Assembly: GCA_018818885.1 (NCBI GenBank)
Contig: JAHIRB010000007.1
Coordinates: 18,357-82,356, forward strand
From: Patescibacteria group bacterium
GTDB taxonomy: Bacteria; Patescibacteriota; Patescibacteriia; Buchananbacterales; SURF-54
Length of the DNA stretch: 64,000 nt
Reading direction: 5' to 3'
Translations under genes and position numbers: made by a program
Shown: piece after piece, positions 60,932 through 64,000 of the stretch
Numbering within the stretch: the first letter of the stretch is position 1
Layout: every line of letters begins with the position of its first letter
Notes under the pieces: generated by a model
What the model saw: the letters and a program-made list of their open reading frames with translations, nothing else
What the model was told of the DNA's origin: nothing
The model's database searches: none

Positions 60932-61944
60932 TTTTTATCGATCTCTTTATAATTTTCTACAAAACCCTTACCTATTAGCGGTCGCCACCACTTTTCATTA
61001 TTCTTATACCACTCAACTACTTCGTCCATACCTTTTTCAAAATCGATTTGTGGCTGCCAGCCTAGTTTATTTTTTATTTTAGATATATCTAAAAGATAGC
61101 GTCTGTCATGCCCTGGCCTATCTTCTATATACTTTTTGAAATCGTCAGGTTTATCAAGTCTTTTCAAAACAGCAGATGCAATTTCTTCAATTGTTTTTTC
61201 TACACCACTACCAATGTTGTATGCTTCTCCAATTTTTCCTTTCTGTAATATTGCGTCGATAGCAGTACAATGGTCATGCGTATGAAGCCATTCTCTCTTA
61301 TTTAAGCTACTTTTAAATAAAGGAATTTTTTTGCCATCCATAGCATCTGTAATAAATCTAGGAATTACCTTTTCTGGAAATTGATATGGCCCAAAATTAT
61401 TTGAACAATGGCTTATTGTTACTGGTGTGCTAAAAGTATGAAAATATGCCATTACTTCGCAATTAGCACCTGCCTTTGATGCGTTGTATGGAGTTTTTGG
61501 TAGATAAGGATCATCTTCTTTAAATGATCTATCTTCTTCTAAACTTAAATCACCAAAAACTTCGCATGTTGAAATATGATGAAATCTTTTTAAACCGACA
61601 TCTTTTGCTGCTTCTAAAAGCATTTGTGTTCCTAAAACATTAGTTTTTACAAAAATATCTGGTTCTATCATGGCTCTGCCATTATGTGATTCAGCGGCAA
61701 AGTTTACAATTATATCAATTTGCTTTTCTTTGAGTAATTTGATGTTGTTTTTTAAATCTCCGATATCACCTTTTACAAATTCATAATTAGAATTGCTTTC
61801 TACTTCTTTAAGATTATCAAGATTTCCAGCATAAGTTAAAATATCCAGATTCACAACCTTGTCTTCTGGATAATTTTTCAACCAATAGTGTATGAAGTTT
61901 GAACCAATGAATCCTGCTCCACCGGTAACTAAGAGTTTTGACAT
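60928..61944 (-). CDS. rfbB: dTDP-glucose 4,6-dehydratase
   Basis: GGAGFIGSNF, FAAESH, YNASK, DRPGHDRRY. Confidence 0.95.
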   Translation of the reverse strand: MSKLLVTGGAGFIGSNFIHYWLKNYPEDKVVNLDILTYAGNLDNLKEVESNSNYEFVKGDIGDLKNNIKLLKEKQIDIIVNFAAESHNGRAMIEPDIFVKTNVLGTQMLLEAAKDVGLKRFHHISTCEVFGDLSLEEDRSFKEDDPYLPKTPYNASKAGANCEVMAYFHTFSTPVTISHCSNNFGPYQFPEKVIPRFITDAMDGKKIPLFKSSLNKREWLHTHDHCTAIDAILQKGKIGEAYNIGSGVEKTIEEIASAVLKRLDKPDDFKKYIEDRPGHDRRYLLDISKIKNKLGWQPQIDFEKGMDEVVEWYKNNEKWWRPLIGKGFVENYKEIDKK

Positions 61945-62063
61945 ATATTTTTTAAAATCTCAAATTCCAATAATCAAATTTTAAATTGAAATGGCATAGA
62001 CGTTTGAATATTGCTCATTGGACATTGTTTGTTATTTGTGATTTGGTGCTTGATATTTAATTA

Positions 62064-62471
62064 TCATAATGCTTCTTTGATTTTTTCTGCAACTGATTCT
62101 GCCTCGTCCTCTTTATATTTACCACCTGCCCACATTTCCTTACCGTCATCTGCAGTTCTTGGCATAATGTGAAAATGAACATGATCCACAACTTGGCCTG
62201 CTACTTTTCCATTATTTAATCCTATATTGTACGCTGGGCTGCCTGTTCCTACCTTAACTGCTGATCCTATCTTTTTTACGGCGACTATTAGTTTTTCTAA
62301 AATTTTGTCTGGTGTATCGTCTACGCTAGTATAATGTGTCTTTGGTATTACTAAAGTATGACCAGGGTTAATTGGCATAATATCTAAAAATGCTAAGACA
62401 TCTTCATCTTCGTAAATTTTATTTGATGGAATTTCGCCTGCAATAATTTTACAAAAAATACAATCTTCCAT
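62064..62471 (-). CDS. HIT family protein
   Basis: DCIFCKI, HVHFH. Confidence 0.95.
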   Translation of the reverse strand: MEDCIFCKIIAGEIPSNKIYEDEDVLAFLDIMPINPGHTLVIPKTHYTSVDDTPDKILEKLIVAVKKIGSAVKVGTGSPAYNIGLNNGKVAGQVVDHVHFHIMPRTADDGKEMWAGGKYKEDEAESVAEKIKEAL

Positions 62472-62516
62472 AGTTATAATTACTTGTTACTTGTACATTG
62501 TACATTGTTACTTGAC

Positions 62517-62993
62517 TTAGCCTCCGTCTTTTACTTCATCTGGCCATTTGTAATTGACTTCTTCACTATTCCAAGGGTATCTCAACTCGTCAGGTTCTTC
62601 ATAGTCGTATTTTTGATTAGGCACATTGACAATTCGCGCCTCATCACAATTATGAGCAGTGAAACCATGCAACACACCAATTGGCACTTTGACAATAACT
62701 TGTTCTCCGCTTGTTGTTGGGTCTGTCATAATCACTTCTTGGACTTCTTTGTAAGTTGGTGAATTCTTTCGTGCATCATACATGACCCACAATGCTTGTC
62801 CTAAAACACATGTAACTCGGTCAATCTGTCCTTTGTGATAATGCCAAGCCTTAGCATAACCTTTTTTTACTCCAGTCATATAGACTTGGCCAAAGGTATC
62901 AAACATCTCGTCGTCGTTTCTTAACATCTCCATTAAAAAACCACGTTTATCTTTCATTACTTTTAACTTTTTTATCTCAACTCCGTCAATCAT
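62517..62993 (-). CDS. rfbC: dTDP-4-dehydrorhamnose 3,5-epimerase family cupin
   Basis: DKRGFL.E, KAWHYH, P.GV.HGF. Confidence 0.88.
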   Translation of the reverse strand: MIDGVEIKKLKVMKDKRGFLMEMLRNDDEMFDTFGQVYMTGVKKGYAKAWHYHKGQIDRVTCVLGQALWVMYDARKNSPTYKEVQEVIMTDPTTSGEQVIVKVPIGVLHGFTAHNCDEARIVNVPNQKYDYEEPDELRYPWNSEEVNYKWPDEVKDGG

Positions 62994-63351
62994 TTTTATA
63001 AATTAATACTAAGCTAATTGACATTACGATAACTGCAACCATGGAAATAATAATTTCTTTTCTGCCTCTGCTAGCAAAACTATTGAATATAATAATTCCA
63101 AAGGTTATCGACAAAACTGCAATTAATAAATAGTAAAATATTTTTTTTACTATATTTAGTCTATCAATTTTTTGAAAACACAGCGCAGTTATGATACCAC
63201 TTAATATGCAAATTAGCAAGGCTATGTTTATATTGAAATAATTAGTTACCAAACCAGTTTTATACCATTCCATAATAAATAAAACTAGGTATGTGACAAA
63301 TGACACAAAAAATAAATCCTTAAAAATATGCGTAATTATTTCTTTTTTCAT
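62986..63351 (-). CDS. Hypothetical 4-TM membrane protein
   Basis: Hydrophobic 121-aa ORF in operon. Confidence 0.75.
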   Translation of the reverse strand: MKKEIITHIFKDLFFVSFVTYLVLFIMEWYKTGLVTNYFNINIALLICILSGIITALCFQKIDRLNIVKKIFYYLLIAVLSITFGIIIFNSFASRGRKEIIISMVAVIVMSISLVLIYKND

Positions 63352-63352
63352 A

Positions 63353-63484
63353 CCGGGCAGTAGAAATTCAAATTGTAAGTATAATTTAAAATCATAATAT
63401 TTTTTGTGAATAATTTTTTAAATGTTTACGACTCATAATATGAACGAAATATGAACAAATATTTTTTGAATTTTCACTGCCCGG
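63353..63484. mobile_element. Start-codon-inserted hairpin MITE-like element (type B, 132 bp)
   Basis: IRs CCGGGCAGT-NN-AAATTCAAA; TCATA on both sides. Confidence 0.85.
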
Positions 63485-63489
63485 TCATA

Positions 63490-63598
63490 CCCGGTAGTGA
63501 TCCCGTAAATGGAATTTAATTTTTATTAATAATATTGAGTAGATTAAATAAATTTATTGCTAGATAGTAATTTTAAATTTTACGGGACTACTAGTGGG
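63490..63598. mobile_element. Start-codon-inserted hairpin MITE-like element (type A, 109 bp)
   Basis: Same length as, and homologous to, 36250-36358; TCATA on both sides. Confidence 0.85.
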
Positions 63599-64000
63599 TC
63601 ATAATGCTAGAATTTGTTGTTTAATTTTAGAAGCAATATCTTGCCATGTTTTAGGAATTCTTTTTAGCACAATATTAATTTCTTTAATCATCAAACCATC
63701 ATCCCCTGCCTTGATTTGTGGAAGAGATATTACAAAATGCAATTGATTGTCTTGTGTATCATATTTATCTAAATCGTTAAAGCGAATCAATTTTTGCTGA
63801 ACTTTCCCGTTATCACTTGGCGCGTCGTAGCGTGCGATCACATACTCAATTTTTTCTTCATCAAAACCCAAACCATTCTTTAAACTAGTAGGTGCTGGAT
63901 CGAAAAACATGTCTTTACTAAAACCAAACAATCCACGAGTGGTTATTTTTATATCATTTTTTGGCATGGTAATTTCTTTTATACCAAAATCTGTTTGCAC
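63599..64000 (-). CDS. Hypothetical protein, 5' end outside window
   Basis: ORF open to the window edge. Confidence 0.65.
   Translation of the reverse strand: MQTDFGIKEITMPKNDIKITTRGLFGFSKDMFFDPAPTSLKNGLGFDEEKIEYVIARYDAPSDNGKVQQKLIRFNDLDKYDTQDNQLHFVISLPQIKAGDDGLMIKEINIVLKRIPKTWQDIASKIKQQILAL

Overview
AT-rich bacterial chromosome segment whose gene set suggests Patescibacteria (CPR; this assignment is inference). It has mostly SD-less, tightly coupled operons, an archaeal-type pyrH, a short tsaB and a type IV pilus cluster. Housekeeping content includes rplJ/rplL with an L10 leader, pyrH, mltG, pcm, uppP, mutM, guaA, maf, secA, hpf, a mraY-murD-ftsW-murG-murC-murB cluster, pilB/C/M/N/O plus minor pilins, rrf2-iscU-nfu-iscS, rpmA, pyrG, rplI, an S41 protease, murA, typA and rfbA/B/C/D. 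No rRNA, tRNA or CRISPR array was recognised. Three non-coding signals stand out. (1) A gene array between secA and maf in which every gene boundary carries a divergent copy of the secA 3' end (KKCHG*), twice fused in frame to a foreign maf 5' start; this looks like an iterative gene-capture site with no visible integrase. (2) Four hairpin MITE-like elements inserted exactly at start codons with a TATGA duplication, two of them stacked on one ATG. (3) A RAYT transposase with REP doublets, plus several palindrome families, some inserted in frame in rplL, murC and pyrG.
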